64,000 nucleotides of DNA from an uncultured Clostridia bacterium (GTDB taxonomy: Bacteria; Bacillota; Clostridia; TANB77; CAG-508): positions 142,631 to 206,630 of the forward strand of contig CAOPES010000002.1 in assembly GCA_948502395.1 (NCBI GenBank). The letters run 5' to 3'. The position numbers and the translations under genes are program-made. The notes below the pieces were generated by a model that was given only the letters and a program-made list of their open reading frames with translations, was not told the DNA's origin and searched no databases. Position 1 is the first letter of the stretch; each line of letters begins with the position of its first letter. This document shows, piece after piece, positions 1 through 10,102 of this stretch.

Positions 1-881
1 TCAACTTTGTTTATGTAATTTTGTACACCTGTTGATATTGCAAGTATCAGAGCTATTCCTATAATTCCAATTGACCCTGCAAATGACGTTAATAATGTTC
101 TTCCTTTTTTTGTCATCAAATTATTTAAGCTTAGTCTTAGTGCTGTGAAAAACTTCATTGATGTAAATCTTACTTTTTCCTTATTTGACTTCTTTTCCTT
201 TGTTTCGTACGGATTGGAATCATCTGTTATTTTACCATCTAATATCTTTATAATTCTACTAGAATATTTCTCTGCTAAATCCGGATTATGAGTAACCATT
301 ATAATCAATTTATTCTTAGAAATCTTCTTCAAAATCTCCATTACCTGCACACTTGTCTTTGTATCCAATGCACCTGTTGGCTCATCTGCCAAAATAATAT
401 CAGGATTATTTACCAATGCCCTTGCTATTGCAACCCTTTGCATTTGCCCACCTAACAATTGATTTGGCTTTTTATTAATTTGCTCTTTTAATCCTACATC
501 TTCCAAAGCCTTTATAGCCCTTGCTCTTCTCTCTTTTTTAGACACACCTGAAATTGTTAGCGCCAATTCCACATTTGATAGTATTGTTTGATGTGGTATT
601 AGATTGTAACTTTGGAACACAAAACCAATACTGTGATTTCTATATGTATCCCAATCTCTATCCTTAAAATCTTTTGTAGACTTTCCATTAATTATTAAAT
701 CTCCACTTGTATATCTGTCTAACCCACCTATTATATTTAATAGTGTTGTCTTCCCACATCCACTTTGCCCTAATATAGACACAAACTCAGATTCCCTAAA
801 TTGTATGTCTATACCTTTTAGAGCCTCTACTTTTTCATCTCCACTTATGTACGTCTTGGTTATATTTTTTAATTTTAACAT
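1..881 (-). CDS. ABC transporter, fused ATP-binding and FtsX-type permease (MacB-like); the 3' end runs off the window
   Basis: Reverse translation from the ATG at 881 (GGAGGA upstream) gives MLKLKNITKTY...GQSGCGKTTLLN (Walker A), LLGGQMQRVAIARAL (signature) and ILADEPTGALD (Walker B). A hydrophobic segment follows, and there is no stop before position 1. Confidence 0.85.
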   Translation of the reverse strand, partial: MLKLKNITKTYISGDEKVEALKGIDIQFRESEFVSILGQSGCGKTTLLNIIGGLDRYTSGDLIINGKSTKDFKDRDWDTYRNHSIGFVFQSYNLIPHQTILSNVELALTISGVSKKERRARAIKALEDVGLKEQINKKPNQLLGGQMQRVAIARALVNNPDIILADEPTGALDTKTSVQVMEILKKISKNKLIIMVTHNPDLAEKYSSRIIKILDGKITDDSNPYETKEKKSNKEKVRFTSMKFFTALRLSLNNLMTKKGRTLLTSFAGSIGIIGIALILAISTGVQNYINKV

Positions 882-898
882 TATTTTCCTCCTTTTCC

Positions 899-982
899 TG
901 CCATTGGGGACGGATCTTTTTGGCAGATTCCTGCCATTGGGGACGGACCTTTTTGGCAATTTTTTGCCAAAGGGGACACTCC
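899..982 (+). repeat. Intergenic hairpin-repeat cluster A (3 units, GGGGAC-core family)
   Basis: TGCCATTGGGGACGGATCTTTTTGGCA, then TGCCATTGGGGACGGACCTTTTTGGCA, then TGCCAAAGGGGACACTCC. Each full unit has a TGCCA/TGGCA stem. The cluster ends 1-2 nt before the stop of the neighbouring minus-strand gene. Confidence 0.9.
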
Positions 983-983
983 T

Positions 984-1511
984 TTAATCTCTACGTTCTA
1001 AGGCTTTATCTAACATATCAAGTATTCCGCCTTTAAATCCTATATATACATTCTTGTTTTCATTTAATTTATTGCATTTTAAAATTGTATATTCTGGATA
1101 TAAATATTCTATGCTCCCACCGTCTTTATATTCTCTGGCTTCACATATTCCATTTGCTTTATCTTTTTTAGCTTGGTCTAATATGTCTTCTACACTTATA
1201 ACGTTTTGCTCTAATGCATTTTTTAGTTCATATACCATATCTTGTTCTATTGTAATTGTTACATTTCCACCAAAGGTATATATCCCTTCTGCCATTTCGT
1301 ATATTCCTAGGTCTTTCCTTTGACTATAATTTATCTCAAATTCTTTATTGTGTTCGTTGTCAATATTTTGATTGTTTTCTGGTATGTTGTTTTGAATTGT
1401 TTCTGCCTGCTTTTGCCCTTTTATTTTTATTTGGGTAGTGTAGATTACTACTCCTGTGGTTAATAGTAATATGATTATTGCTATTATTAATATTTTGTGT
1501 TGCTTTTTCAT
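984..1511 (-). CDS. Hypothetical membrane-anchored protein (one N-terminal TM helix)
   Basis: 175-aa ORF with a KILIIAIIILLLTTGVVIY anchor. No family recognised. Confidence 0.6.
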   Translation of the reverse strand: MKKQHKILIIAIIILLLTTGVVIYTTQIKIKGQKQAETIQNNIPENNQNIDNEHNKEFEINYSQRKDLGIYEMAEGIYTFGGNVTITIEQDMVYELKNALEQNVISVEDILDQAKKDKANGICEAREYKDGGSIEYLYPEYTILKCNKLNENKNVYIGFKGGILDMLDKALERRD

Positions 1512-1731
1512 TTTTTATTTTCTCCTTTTTTTCTATTTATATCATATTAAGAAGTTATTTGCAAATACAAGAAAAGTGGCTTTGCCACCTTTTCTTCTCG
1601 CCGATTCGAGTTTTCGAATGTAATGAGAAAATCTCGAAGGCAATAGCGATTGTAGCATTTTATGTTATAGGAAAGGAGAACTTTCCTATAACATAAAAAA
1701 GCAATCATGTCATTTTTGACTAATTGCTTTT

Positions 1732-1814
1732 TGGTACCGGTGGTGGGACTCGAACCCACATGGTTTCCCGCACGATTTTGAGTCGTGTGCGTCTACCAAT
1801 TCCGCCACACCGGC
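1732..1814 (-). tRNA. tRNA-Leu (anticodon CAA)
   Basis: The reverse complement is GCCGGTGTGGCGGAATTGGTAGACGC...CTCAAAA...GGTTCGAGTCCCACCACCGGTACCA. It has a long variable arm, a CAA anticodon in a 7-nt loop and an encoded CCA. Confidence 0.9.
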
Positions 1815-1920
1815 AAATATGATGTGTACCAATACATATTAGCACACATTAATAAAAAAGTCCACAACTTTTCAAAAAAATTTTACAAAAATCTCGAATT
1901 TCAAACTTTGTACCAGTAAC

Positions 1921-2025
1921 ATCTGTCCCTCTTGGCAGAAAGCTGCCAAGAAGAACCGTCCCCTTTGGCAGAAGGTCTGTCCCCTTTGGCAAAAAATTGC
2001 CAAAAAGGTCCGTCCCCAATGGCAA
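1921..2025 (-). repeat. Intergenic hairpin-repeat cluster B (about 4 units, opposite orientation to cluster A)
   Basis: TGCCAAGAAGAACCGTCCCCTTTGGCA, ...GGTCTGTCCCCTTTGGCAA and TTGCCAAAAAGGTCCGTCCCCAATGGCAA. The cluster ends 1 nt before the stop of the 2027..4321 gene. Confidence 0.9.
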
Positions 2026-2026
2026 T

Positions 2027-4321
2027 TTAAGCATCAAACTCAAATACATTAACAGTTTTAACACTTATGTCAGAAAAATCGTCGTTTTCATCTTCAAAGT
2101 CAAGTATTCTAAAAGTGGATTTACTGTTTAAGCTTAAATTTAGTTTTGAAGTGTCTACCAAAATTTTTGTAGAAATGTCTTGACCAACTGGCAATGTTTT
2201 GTTTTGGTTGTCATAGAAAATACAGTTTGTAAAGCTGACTGCGTTTGAGCCTTGTGGTAAGTTTATTTTGTAAAAGTTTATTTTTTTACTTTTCTTTTTT
2301 ACTGCTTCTTGCATTTCTTCTTCTGGGTTTATGTTGAATACGTTTATTTGTCTATCGTCCAGTTTGTCGTCTAAGACTGCTTTATATACAGGTATTTCCT
2401 CCGTTGTGTTTACTTTGCCTACTGCTTCTTTTATGCTAGATATTATTTTTTCTAGTGTCATTTTAAAGCCTAGTTGTTTTGTGTTTTTGTTTATTTCTAG
2501 TATATTAAATCTGTCTTTTGGTAATTCTCTGTGTTTTTTGTTTTTTATTTTTGATATTTTTGTGCTGTCTTGGAATGTCCCACCAAATATGTCGAATTCT
2601 TCGTCTGTTAAAGTTTTTTCTTGAACAGCTTCTTTTTTCAGCTCTTTTAGTTTGTTTTCTATGTCTTTTGGTAAAAATTCATTTATTTTAATTTTATTTA
2701 GCAAGTCTATAACATTTGTTGATGTTATAAATATACTGTCTGTTTCGTCTTTGCTTAAAGCATTTCTTTGTAATTCGTCCATATTTCTACCGAATTTTTC
2801 TAAGTCTTCTTCATAGTCAAATGTTTTTGTTATTTTTTTTGTTATGTTTAGTTCTTCTGCTTCTCCTTCTGGCAATGATGCTATTTCGTCTTTGTTGCTA
2901 TATTTCCAGAATTCAAATATACTTTTTTTGTGGTTGTCTATTTCTTGTATAAAAGCTGCTGCATTTTCGATTTTCTTTTGCATATTTTTATGTTTCAATT
3001 TTAGGCTATTGATGTCCATAACTAAGTTTTTTAGTTCGTGTTCTTTTGCTTCTATACTTTTATATAATTCTATTAGTTCTTCAATTGTATATTTTGATTT
3101 TTTTCTTCTTTTAGTTGGTACATTTAATTCTTCTTCATTTTGTGCATTAATTCCTGTTTCGTCAATTTCTTCCACTTCTTCCAAGTGTTCTTGTTCTTTT
3201 TTGTTTTTATTCTTTTTGCCACTATATTTAAAGTAATATTTAAATCTGCCGAAAAATGTTTTTTTACATTCTAAAAATGTTGATATTTGCTTTTCTTTTG
3301 CTAGATACTCATATTCTTGTGCTGCAATTTCTATTTTTAATTGATTTAATTTTTCTTTGCTTGTTTCTATTAAATCTTCTGTTTGTTTTTGTCTTTCTTC
3401 TCCATTGTGATATTGTTCTTTTAACCACTGGGCTATATCTACATATTCTATTTTTTCATCTTCCAAATAGAATTCAATTTCACCATTTTTAGATATATTT
3501 GTTCTAAATGTAAAGTATGATGCTAATTCTGTTTGTAATATGAACATTGCTTTTAGTAATTTATAAAATTTAATTGCTTCTTCTTCGTTTTCTAATGTTA
3601 TTTTATATTGGCTTTTTACTTTTTGATATATTTCTGTTTCTCCTACTATTTGTATAGTCAAATTGTCATTTTTGTCATATACTTCATATACTAATGGCCA
3701 ACTTTTTGTAAATAGCCATAAGTAGTTTTCTATATCTTCAAGTTCTGATTTTTTTAAATATGTATTGCTACATTCTACATTTTTTATTGGGACAAATATT
3801 TTTGTTGCTCTCTTTTTTTCTAATTGTTTTTTTAACAAGAAGAAAAATGCTGAGTAGTTTGTATCTTCTGTTGATACTATCATAAAATATTTGTCTGTAT
3901 TTTCAGAATAGTAAATTTGCCATAAATAGTTGCTTTCATATTTTACTTTAAATGGTATTTTTTTATTTAAGTTTTCTTGCTCTTTTTCTAATTTTTCTAC
4001 TTCTTCTACGCTAAATTCATTTAGCATTTTTAAAAAAGTTGTATATTTAATAATGTTTTCTTCTGTTTTGTTATCTAGATAATCTACTAGTGGACTTGAT
4101 TTTTTATACTTTTCTTCAATATCGTCTAGTCTATTTGTTGGTGATAATAATATTTGTATATCTTTAATTGGTATATATCTATATTGTCTATGTTGATTTT
4201 GTCTGTAAGTCTTTGATATTCTATATTCTAAATCATCATCTTTTTTTAGAATTCTTGGTATTTTATCTAAATCTAATCCTAGATATTCTAATTTATCTTG
4301 TATTGCATTTTCCTTTGGCAA
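2027..4321 (-). CDS. Large hypothetical protein, Lys/Glu-rich with coiled-coil-like middle
   Basis: 764-aa uninterrupted ORF. No motif recognised. Confidence 0.6.
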   Translation of the reverse strand: MPKENAIQDKLEYLGLDLDKIPRILKKDDDLEYRISKTYRQNQHRQYRYIPIKDIQILLSPTNRLDDIEEKYKKSSPLVDYLDNKTEENIIKYTTFLKMLNEFSVEEVEKLEKEQENLNKKIPFKVKYESNYLWQIYYSENTDKYFMIVSTEDTNYSAFFFLLKKQLEKKRATKIFVPIKNVECSNTYLKKSELEDIENYLWLFTKSWPLVYEVYDKNDNLTIQIVGETEIYQKVKSQYKITLENEEEAIKFYKLLKAMFILQTELASYFTFRTNISKNGEIEFYLEDEKIEYVDIAQWLKEQYHNGEERQKQTEDLIETSKEKLNQLKIEIAAQEYEYLAKEKQISTFLECKKTFFGRFKYYFKYSGKKNKNKKEQEHLEEVEEIDETGINAQNEEELNVPTKRRKKSKYTIEELIELYKSIEAKEHELKNLVMDINSLKLKHKNMQKKIENAAAFIQEIDNHKKSIFEFWKYSNKDEIASLPEGEAEELNITKKITKTFDYEEDLEKFGRNMDELQRNALSKDETDSIFITSTNVIDLLNKIKINEFLPKDIENKLKELKKEAVQEKTLTDEEFDIFGGTFQDSTKISKIKNKKHRELPKDRFNILEINKNTKQLGFKMTLEKIISSIKEAVGKVNTTEEIPVYKAVLDDKLDDRQINVFNINPEEEMQEAVKKKSKKINFYKINLPQGSNAVSFTNCIFYDNQNKTLPVGQDISTKILVDTSKLNLSLNSKSTFRILDFEDENDDFSDISVKTVNVFEFDA

Positions 4322-4346
4322 GTTTCCTACTCCTTCCTATTTTAAA

Positions 4347-5274
4347 TTATTTTATTATGTCATAAAAACTTTTAAATTCATATCCTTGTTCTCTTAAATA
4401 TGAAATTATATGTGGTAAAGTTTCTGCTGTTACTCTTTTTGCAGGTGCGTCATGCATTAATATTATTACACTGTTTTTGCTTCCTACTGTTTCTTGCAAT
4501 CTTGCAAGTTCAAATTCAGGTGAAAGGTTATTTGTTTCTGCATCTCCGTTTAATGCGTTCCAGTCAACACATAGAATGTCATTTTGAGATAATAATTCTT
4601 TTGCTTGACTTTTTATTTCTGAATATTTTCCACCTACAAGTCCACCTGGGAACCTGAATAAATGTGAATTATATTCAGGTACTCCCAAAGTAGCTCTTAT
4701 TATTTCCATACTTTGGTTATATTCGTTTAGAACCGCTTCTGGCGAAGAATATATCTGTGAGTATATATGTGAATACCCATGACTTGCTATAAAATGTCCT
4801 TTTTCATATATTGTTTTTGTCATTTCTGGCATTTGTTCCACCCTAGAACCTAGTACAAAAAATGTTGCTTTTATATTTTCTTTTTCTAATATATCAAGTA
4901 TTTGTGGTGTAACTGTTGATGGTCCGTCATCAAATGTTAGAAATGCTCTTTTTGTTTCTGATTTATATATACTAGAAATATTTTGTCTTCCTTCTTCTGT
5001 TAGTTTAGGTATCTTTTCCTGCCTTTTTCTTTCTGTTTCTTCTAAAATTTTTGCTTGTTTTTGTTGCTCTTCTAATTGTAAAGCTTTTAATTCTCTTTCA
5101 TATCCGTTTAAATGTTTTATATTCATTAATTGTTATAATTATATAGTGTGTAGTTATTAAAGCACATACTATTGCTATTATTGTTAATATTATAAAAAAA
5201 ATCTTTTTTAAATTTATCTTTCCCTTGGTCTCGATTTTATAAATATTTACAGGATATTTACTATCATTTACCAT
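4347..5274 (-). CDS. Polysaccharide deacetylase (NodB/CE4 domain) with an N-terminal TM anchor; the reading frame is broken at an in-frame CGG (+1)
   Basis: The track ORF 4347..5126 carries FLTFDDGPS and HGYSH. An unlisted 58-codon ORF starts at the ATG at 5274 (MVNDSKYPVNIYKIETKGKINLKKIFFIILTIIAIVCALITTHYIIITINEYKTFK-R-I-stop). It runs into CGG (plus-strand CCG 5104-5106). Skipping the C continues as GYERELKALQ... in the deacetylase frame. Confidence 0.75.
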
Positions 5275-5301
5275 ATTTTTTACATCCCTTTTACTTCGTT
5301 T

Positions 5302-6882
5302 TTATTTTGCTTTCATTACTTCTTTTAAAAATTCTATTTCTTCTTCTACATTTAGTCTCATAAATATTGGTTCGCCTTTTTCTATAACTTTTGCATTTTC
5401 TATTTTGTCATATGATTGTAAACTTTCCCAAGTTTTTAAGCTTTCATCTTGTATTCCTATTTGCCTCAAAATATTTTCTGATGTATGTTCCATAAATGGT
5501 TTTATCAGAATTGCAATTTTTCTTAAATTTTCAATTAAGTGATACATTGATGATTGCAACTTTTCTTTTTGTTCTTCATCTTTTGCTAATTGCCATGGCA
5601 TTGTTTCATCTATATATTTGTTTGTTCTTGAAACTATTGTCCATATTTCTTGTAGTGCGTTTGATATTTCGTATTCTTCCATTTTAGCTTCAAATTTACT
5701 GATTTGTTCTAATGTGAATTGTTCAAATTCTTTGTCTACATCATTTGGTGTTCCATTGTATTTTGGAACAATTCCACCAAAGTATTTGTTTACCATTGAT
5801 ACGGTTCTGTTTAATAAATTACTTAAATCGTTACATAAATCGCAATTATATCTTTCTACAAATTCTTCTGGTGTAAATACTCCGTCTTGTGATACTGGTA
5901 CAACTTTTAATATAAAATATTTTGTTGCATCTAGTCCATATCTGTCTATTAGTGTTTCTGGATATATTACATTTCCTTTTGATTTTGACATTTTTCCGTC
6001 TTTCATCATTATCCAGTTGTGTACTAATATTGTTTTTGGAAGTGGTAAATCTAATGCCATTAAGAATATTGGCCAATATATTAAGTGAAATCTTGCTATA
6101 TCTTTTCCAACTACTTGTAAGTCTGCTGGCCAATATTTTTTGAATAATGTATCATCTTCTGATAAATATCCTAATGCTGTTAAATAGTTTGTTAATGCGT
6201 CTACCCATACATAAATTACATGTTTTGGGTCTTTTAATACTTTTATTCCCCAGTCAAATGATGTTCTTGTTACACATAGGTCTTCTAATCCTGGTTTTAT
6301 AAAGTTGTTTATCATTTCGTTTTTTCTATATGCTGGTTTTATAAAGTCTGGGTGTTCTTCGTAATATTTTAAAAGTCTGTCTGCATATTTTTTCATATTG
6401 AAGAAATATGATTCTTCTTTCATTAGTTTTACTTCTCTTCCACAGTCTGGACATTTTCCGTCTACTAATTGTGTTTCTGTAAAAAATGTTTCACAAGGTA
6501 CACAGTACCAACCTTCGTATTCCCCTTTGTAGATGTCTCCTTGTTCCATAAAACGGTCAAATATTTTTTGTACAATTTTTGTGTGTCTTTCTTCTGTTGT
6601 TTGAATATAGTCGTCATATTCTATTTCCATTTTTGCCCATAGTGCTTTTGCTTCTTTTGCTATTTCATCTACATATTGTTTTGGTGTTTTTCCTGCTTGT
6701 TCTGCTTTTTCTTGTATTTTTTGTCCATGTTCGTCTGAACCTGTTAACATATATGTGTCTTTTCCTTTTAATTTCTCGTATTTTTTTATGCTGTCTGTTA
6801 CAACTTCTGTATATGCTGTTCCTATGTGATATTTACCACTTGGGTAGTAAATTGGGGTTGTTATATAAAATTTATTACTCAT
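5302..6882 (-). CDS. metG: Methionine--tRNA ligase
   Basis: [13 protein letters not shown] (HIGH-like), a CPDCG zinc knuckle and KMSKSKGN. The start is more likely the ATG at 6882, preceded by AAAGGAG, than the ORF-track start at 6906. Confidence 0.93.
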   Translation of the reverse strand: MSNKFYITTPIYYPSGKYHIGTAYTEVVTDSIKKYEKLKGKDTYMLTGSDEHGQKIQEKAEQAGKTPKQYVDEIAKEAKALWAKMEIEYDDYIQTTEERHTKIVQKIFDRFMEQGDIYKGEYEGWYCVPCETFFTETQLVDGKCPDCGREVKLMKEESYFFNMKKYADRLLKYYEEHPDFIKPAYRKNEMINNFIKPGLEDLCVTRTSFDWGIKVLKDPKHVIYVWVDALTNYLTALGYLSEDDTLFKKYWPADLQVVGKDIARFHLIYWPIFLMALDLPLPKTILVHNWIMMKDGKMSKSKGNVIYPETLIDRYGLDATKYFILKVVPVSQDGVFTPEEFVERYNCDLCNDLSNLLNRTVSMVNKYFGGIVPKYNGTPNDVDKEFEQFTLEQISKFEAKMEEYEISNALQEIWTIVSRTNKYIDETMPWQLAKDEEQKEKLQSSMYHLIENLRKIAILIKPFMEHTSENILRQIGIQDESLKTWESLQSYDKIENAKVIEKGEPIFMRLNVEEEIEFLKEVMKAK

Positions 6883-6983
6883 CTGCTTTTCATCTCCTTT
6901 TTTCATACAGATATATTACCACTTTTTTGCCAAAATATCAAGAAAAAGAAACCATTTTATGTTAGTTTCTTTTTTCTTTATTA

Positions 6984-9734
6984 TTATTCATCTTTTGCTG
7001 TGTTTACTTTGAATAATTTGAATATTTCAACAATTACTAGTGGAGCTAAAATTAGGCCTACTAATTCTAAAACATTTTGTGTTGGTAATACTGGTATACT
7101 AAATATTGTTCTTAATCCAGGGATTGCTAGAATCACAAACATTAGAGCTGCTGATGCTACCACTGCCCAAATTAATTTTGTATTATTAAATACTTTTGTT
7201 TTAAATATTGATTTTTTATTATTCCTTATATTAAATACATGTACCAATTCTGATAATGCTAGTGTTACAAATGCCATTGTTTGACCTACTTCTATTTTAG
7301 ATTGGTCTAGTGTTAATCCATCTATTGGAGTTGTTGTTGTACCTAGTCCTATTGCAAATGCTGCAAGTGTTAGAAGTCCTATCATTGCACCTTGATATAC
7401 TACTCTCCAAGTCATCCCTTTTGTAAATACTCCTTGATTTGGTTTTGCTGGTTTTCTTTGCATTATATCACTATTTGCTGGGTCAAATGCTAATGCTAAT
7501 GCTGGTAATGAGTCTGTTACTAAATTTATCCACAATATATGAATTGGCAATAATATTTCTAAATGTGTTATATCTGTTATTCCAAACCATTTTGCAAATA
7601 CTGGTGTTAGTAATGTTGCTAGGAACAATACAACTATTTCTCCTACATTGCTTGATAATAAGAATTGTATTACTTTTAAGATATTGTCATATATTCTTCT
7701 TCCTTCTTCTACTGCTGATACGATTGTTGCAAAATTATCATCTGTTAAAATTACATCTGCTGCTTCTTTTGCTACATCTGTTCCTACAATTCCCATTGCA
7801 CAACCTATATCTGCTGTTTTTAAAGCTGGACTGTCATTTACTCCGTCACCTGTCATTGCTACTATTTCACCATTTTTTTGCCATGCTTTTACTATTCTAA
7901 CTTTGTGCTCTGGTGATACCCTTGCATATACAGAATATTTTCTGACATTTTTTTGTAATTCTTCATCTGTCATTTTTTCTAATTCTGCACCTGTTATTGC
8001 CTCATCTTCATTTTCTAAAATCCCTAGTTTTTTTGCTATTGCTGTTGCCGTAATTTTGTGGTCACCTGTAATCATAACTGTTTTTATTCCTGCTGTTTTA
8101 CATTTTTCAACTGCTATTTTTGCTTCTTCTCTTGCTGGGTCTATCATTCCTACCATTCCAACAAATATTAGGTTACTTTCGATATTTTCCATTTCTTCTT
8201 TTGTTGGTTTATGGTCTATTTCTTTATATGCACAGCCTAACACTCTTAGTGCTTCTTTTGCCATTTCTTCGTTGTGTTCTCTTATTTTATTTATATAACT
8301 TCCTAGGTCTTCATTTATTTTTCCATTAATTTCATAAGCTGTACATCTTGATAATAATTCGTCTATTCCACCTTTTGTATAAACAATATATTTTCCGTCT
8401 TGTTCATTTACAGTTGTCATTAGTTTTCTATCTGAGTCAAATGGCACTTCTTCTATTCTTGGTGTTCTGTCATAAATACTTGGGTCAAAATCTAACTTAA
8501 ACGCCATATCAACTAAGGCTGTCTCTGTTGGGTCTCCTGTTAAAGTTCCGTCATTTGATATTTTTGTATCATTACATAGCATATTTGCATATACTAATTT
8601 TTTTAACTGTGCGTCTATCTCGTTTTCTTTGATATTGCTTAATTCTCTTACTCCATTGTTCCAAAATACCTTTTCAACTGTCATTTTGTTTTGTGTTAAT
8701 GTTCCAGTTTTATCAGAACATATAACAGTTGCACTTCCTAGAGTTTCAACTGCTGGCAATTTTTTTACAATCGCATTTTTCTTGACCATTTTTTGCACAC
8801 CAATTGCTAAAACTATTGTTGAAACTGCAACCAAACCTTCTGGAATTGCTGCAACTGCTAAGCTTACAGCTGTCATAAACATATGAATTGGTTCTTTTCC
8901 TTGAATTAGCCCAATTATAAATATGAATACACAAATTGCTAATGCTGCTATTCCCAAAGTTTTACCTAATTTATTTAACTTATCTTGAAGTGGTGTGGTT
9001 TGTTCTTCTGTATTATCAAGCATACCTGCTATTTTTCCAACCTCAGTCTCCATTCCTGTTGCAACAACTATACCTTTTCCCCTTCCATATGTTACTAAGC
9101 TAGAAGAAAATAGCATATTTACTCTATCACCAAGTCCAACTTGGCTATCTTCTATTACATCTGTATTTTTCTCAACTGGCACAGATTCTCCTGTTAAAGA
9201 TGCTTCTTGTGATTTTAAATTTACAGCTTCAATTACCCTTAAATCTGCTGGTATATAATCACCTGTATCTAAAACAACTACATCCCCTGGAACTAAATCT
9301 TTTGCTGGAACAACAGTTATCTCTCCATTTCTAATAACCTTTGCCGCATGGTCTGTCAACTTCTGCAAAGCTTCCAAAGACTTTTCTGCTTTTGCTTCTT
9401 GAGTTACACCTATAATCGCATTTACAATTACAACAATTAAAATAATTATAGTATCTGTAATCCCTTCTCCTTCTGCTATTCCTACCGCTCCTGATACAAT
9501 TGCAGCAATTATCAAAACAATTATTGAAAAATCCTTAAACTGCTCCAATAACTTTTGGGCAAGTGACTTTTTCTTTTTTGCTTTTAATTGATTTAAACCA
9601 TATTTCTCTCTTCTTTTTTGAACTTCTTCACTTTCTAATCCTTTTGCTACATCTGTGTTTAGTTCTTTTTCTACTTCACTTATTTTTTTGCTGAACCATT
9701 TTGCTTCTTTTTGCTTGTTTTCCAAACTTACCAC
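6984..9734 (-). CDS. P-type cation-transporting ATPase (P2, Ca2+/Mn2+-ATPase-like)
   Basis: Motifs CSDKTGTLTQN, MITGDH and TGDGVNDSPALK, with 10 predicted TM segments. An alternative TTG start at 9725 has better spacing to AAGGAG. Confidence 0.9.
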   Translation of the reverse strand: MVSLENKQKEAKWFSKKISEVEKELNTDVAKGLESEEVQKRREKYGLNQLKAKKKKSLAQKLLEQFKDFSIIVLIIAAIVSGAVGIAEGEGITDTIIILIVVIVNAIIGVTQEAKAEKSLEALQKLTDHAAKVIRNGEITVVPAKDLVPGDVVVLDTGDYIPADLRVIEAVNLKSQEASLTGESVPVEKNTDVIEDSQVGLGDRVNMLFSSSLVTYGRGKGIVVATGMETEVGKIAGMLDNTEEQTTPLQDKLNKLGKTLGIAALAICVFIFIIGLIQGKEPIHMFMTAVSLAVAAIPEGLVAVSTIVLAIGVQKMVKKNAIVKKLPAVETLGSATVICSDKTGTLTQNKMTVEKVFWNNGVRELSNIKENEIDAQLKKLVYANMLCNDTKISNDGTLTGDPTETALVDMAFKLDFDPSIYDRTPRIEEVPFDSDRKLMTTVNEQDGKYIVYTKGGIDELLSRCTAYEINGKINEDLGSYINKIREHNEEMAKEALRVLGCAYKEIDHKPTKEEMENIESNLIFVGMVGMIDPAREEAKIAVEKCKTAGIKTVMITGDHKITATAIAKKLGILENEDEAITGAELEKMTDEELQKNVRKYSVYARVSPEHKVRIVKAWQKNGEIVAMTGDGVNDSPALKTADIGCAMGIVGTDVAKEAADVILTDDNFATIVSAVEEGRRIYDNILKVIQFLLSSNVGEIVVLFLATLLTPVFAKWFGITDITHLEILLPIHILWINLVTDSLPALALAFDPANSDIMQRKPAKPNQGVFTKGMTWRVVYQGAMIGLLTLAAFAIGLGTTTTPIDGLTLDQSKIEVGQTMAFVTLALSELVHVFNIRNNKKSIFKTKVFNNTKLIWAVVASAALMFVILAIPGLRTIFSIPVLPTQNVLELVGLILAPLVIVEIFKLFKVNTAKDE

Positions 9735-9801
9735 TCCTTATTTCTATTTTTAACAAATTTTACTAAAATTATGCTACTCTTTTTGGGTTTTGGGTGTTTT
9801 T

Positions 9802-9909
9802 GGGTGTTTTTGGGGACAGTCCTTAAAAACACCCAAAACTTTTATTGCTTTTCTATTTACTTTTCATTTTCTCTTAGGGTGTTTTTAAGGACTGTCCCCA
9901 AAAACACCC
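9802..9909. repeat. Hairpin-repeat pair C (GGGTG-stem variant, two inverted units)
   Basis: GGGTGTTTTTGGGGACAGTCCTTAAAAACACCC (9802-9834) and its inverse GGGTGTTTTTAAGGACTGTCCCCAAAAACACCC (9877-9909). The pair lies in the 5' UTR of the ATPase. Confidence 0.9.
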
Positions 9910-9923
9910 TTGACTTAAAAATC

Positions 9924-10050
9924 AAAAAAGACTTTTAAAAGGATTTTTTGTTTCCTTTTAAAAGTCTCGCTTACTATTTTTATAGCTTACTAACCAGATA
10001 CTCTTTTGTATCGCGACTGTTGATTAGTAATTGAAAGCTACTCCCTTTTA
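9924..10050 (-). promoter_or_regulatory. yybP-ykoY (Mn2+) riboswitch-like leader with an intrinsic terminator
   Basis: The minus strand reads UAAAAGGGAGUAGCUU...ACUAAUCA..GAUAC-AAAAGA-GUAUC..UGGUUAGU-AAGCUA-UAAAAAUAGUAAGCGAGACUUUUA. Recognisable parts are a GGGAGUAG loop, nested helices, a CUAU-AAAA-AUAG hairpin and UAAGCGAGAC. The 3' P1 strand overlaps the terminator GACUUUUAAAAGGA...UCCUUUUAAAAGUC followed by a U-tract. Confidence 0.6.
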
Positions 10051-10074
10051 ATTTTAGTTTTTTGTTATTCTTAT

Positions 10075-10102
10075 TTTATATCTTTTTGGATTACATTGTC
10101 AA
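10075..10102 (-). promoter_or_regulatory. Sigma-A-type promoter for the riboswitch/ATPase transcript
   Basis: Minus strand TTGACA (10097-10102), a 16-nt spacer, then TATAAA (10075-10080). It lies about 25 nt upstream of the riboswitch P1. Confidence 0.55.

Noticed and set aside
805-987. Track ORF translating to LPLGTDLFGRFLPLGTDLFGNFLPKGTLL, with similar ORFs at 1849..2064, 9711..9938, 14371..14616, 33226..33543 and 35371..35556
   Set aside because: These are simply translations of the intergenic hairpin repeats. They have no RBS, and their periodicity comes from the DNA repeat.
6907-6983. T-box leader upstream of metG
   Set aside because: Only 77 nt separate metG from the upstream ATPase stop. 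That is too short for a T-box, and no specifier/T-box sequence is seen.
2331-9258. Numerous plus-strand track ORFs inside the 764-aa gene, metG and the ATPase (e.g. 5618..6088, 7648..8298, 6826..7284)
   Set aside because: They are antisense shadows of long, motif-bearing minus-strand genes. Their composition is Leu/Phe/Ser-rich low complexity, typical of AT-rich antisense frames.
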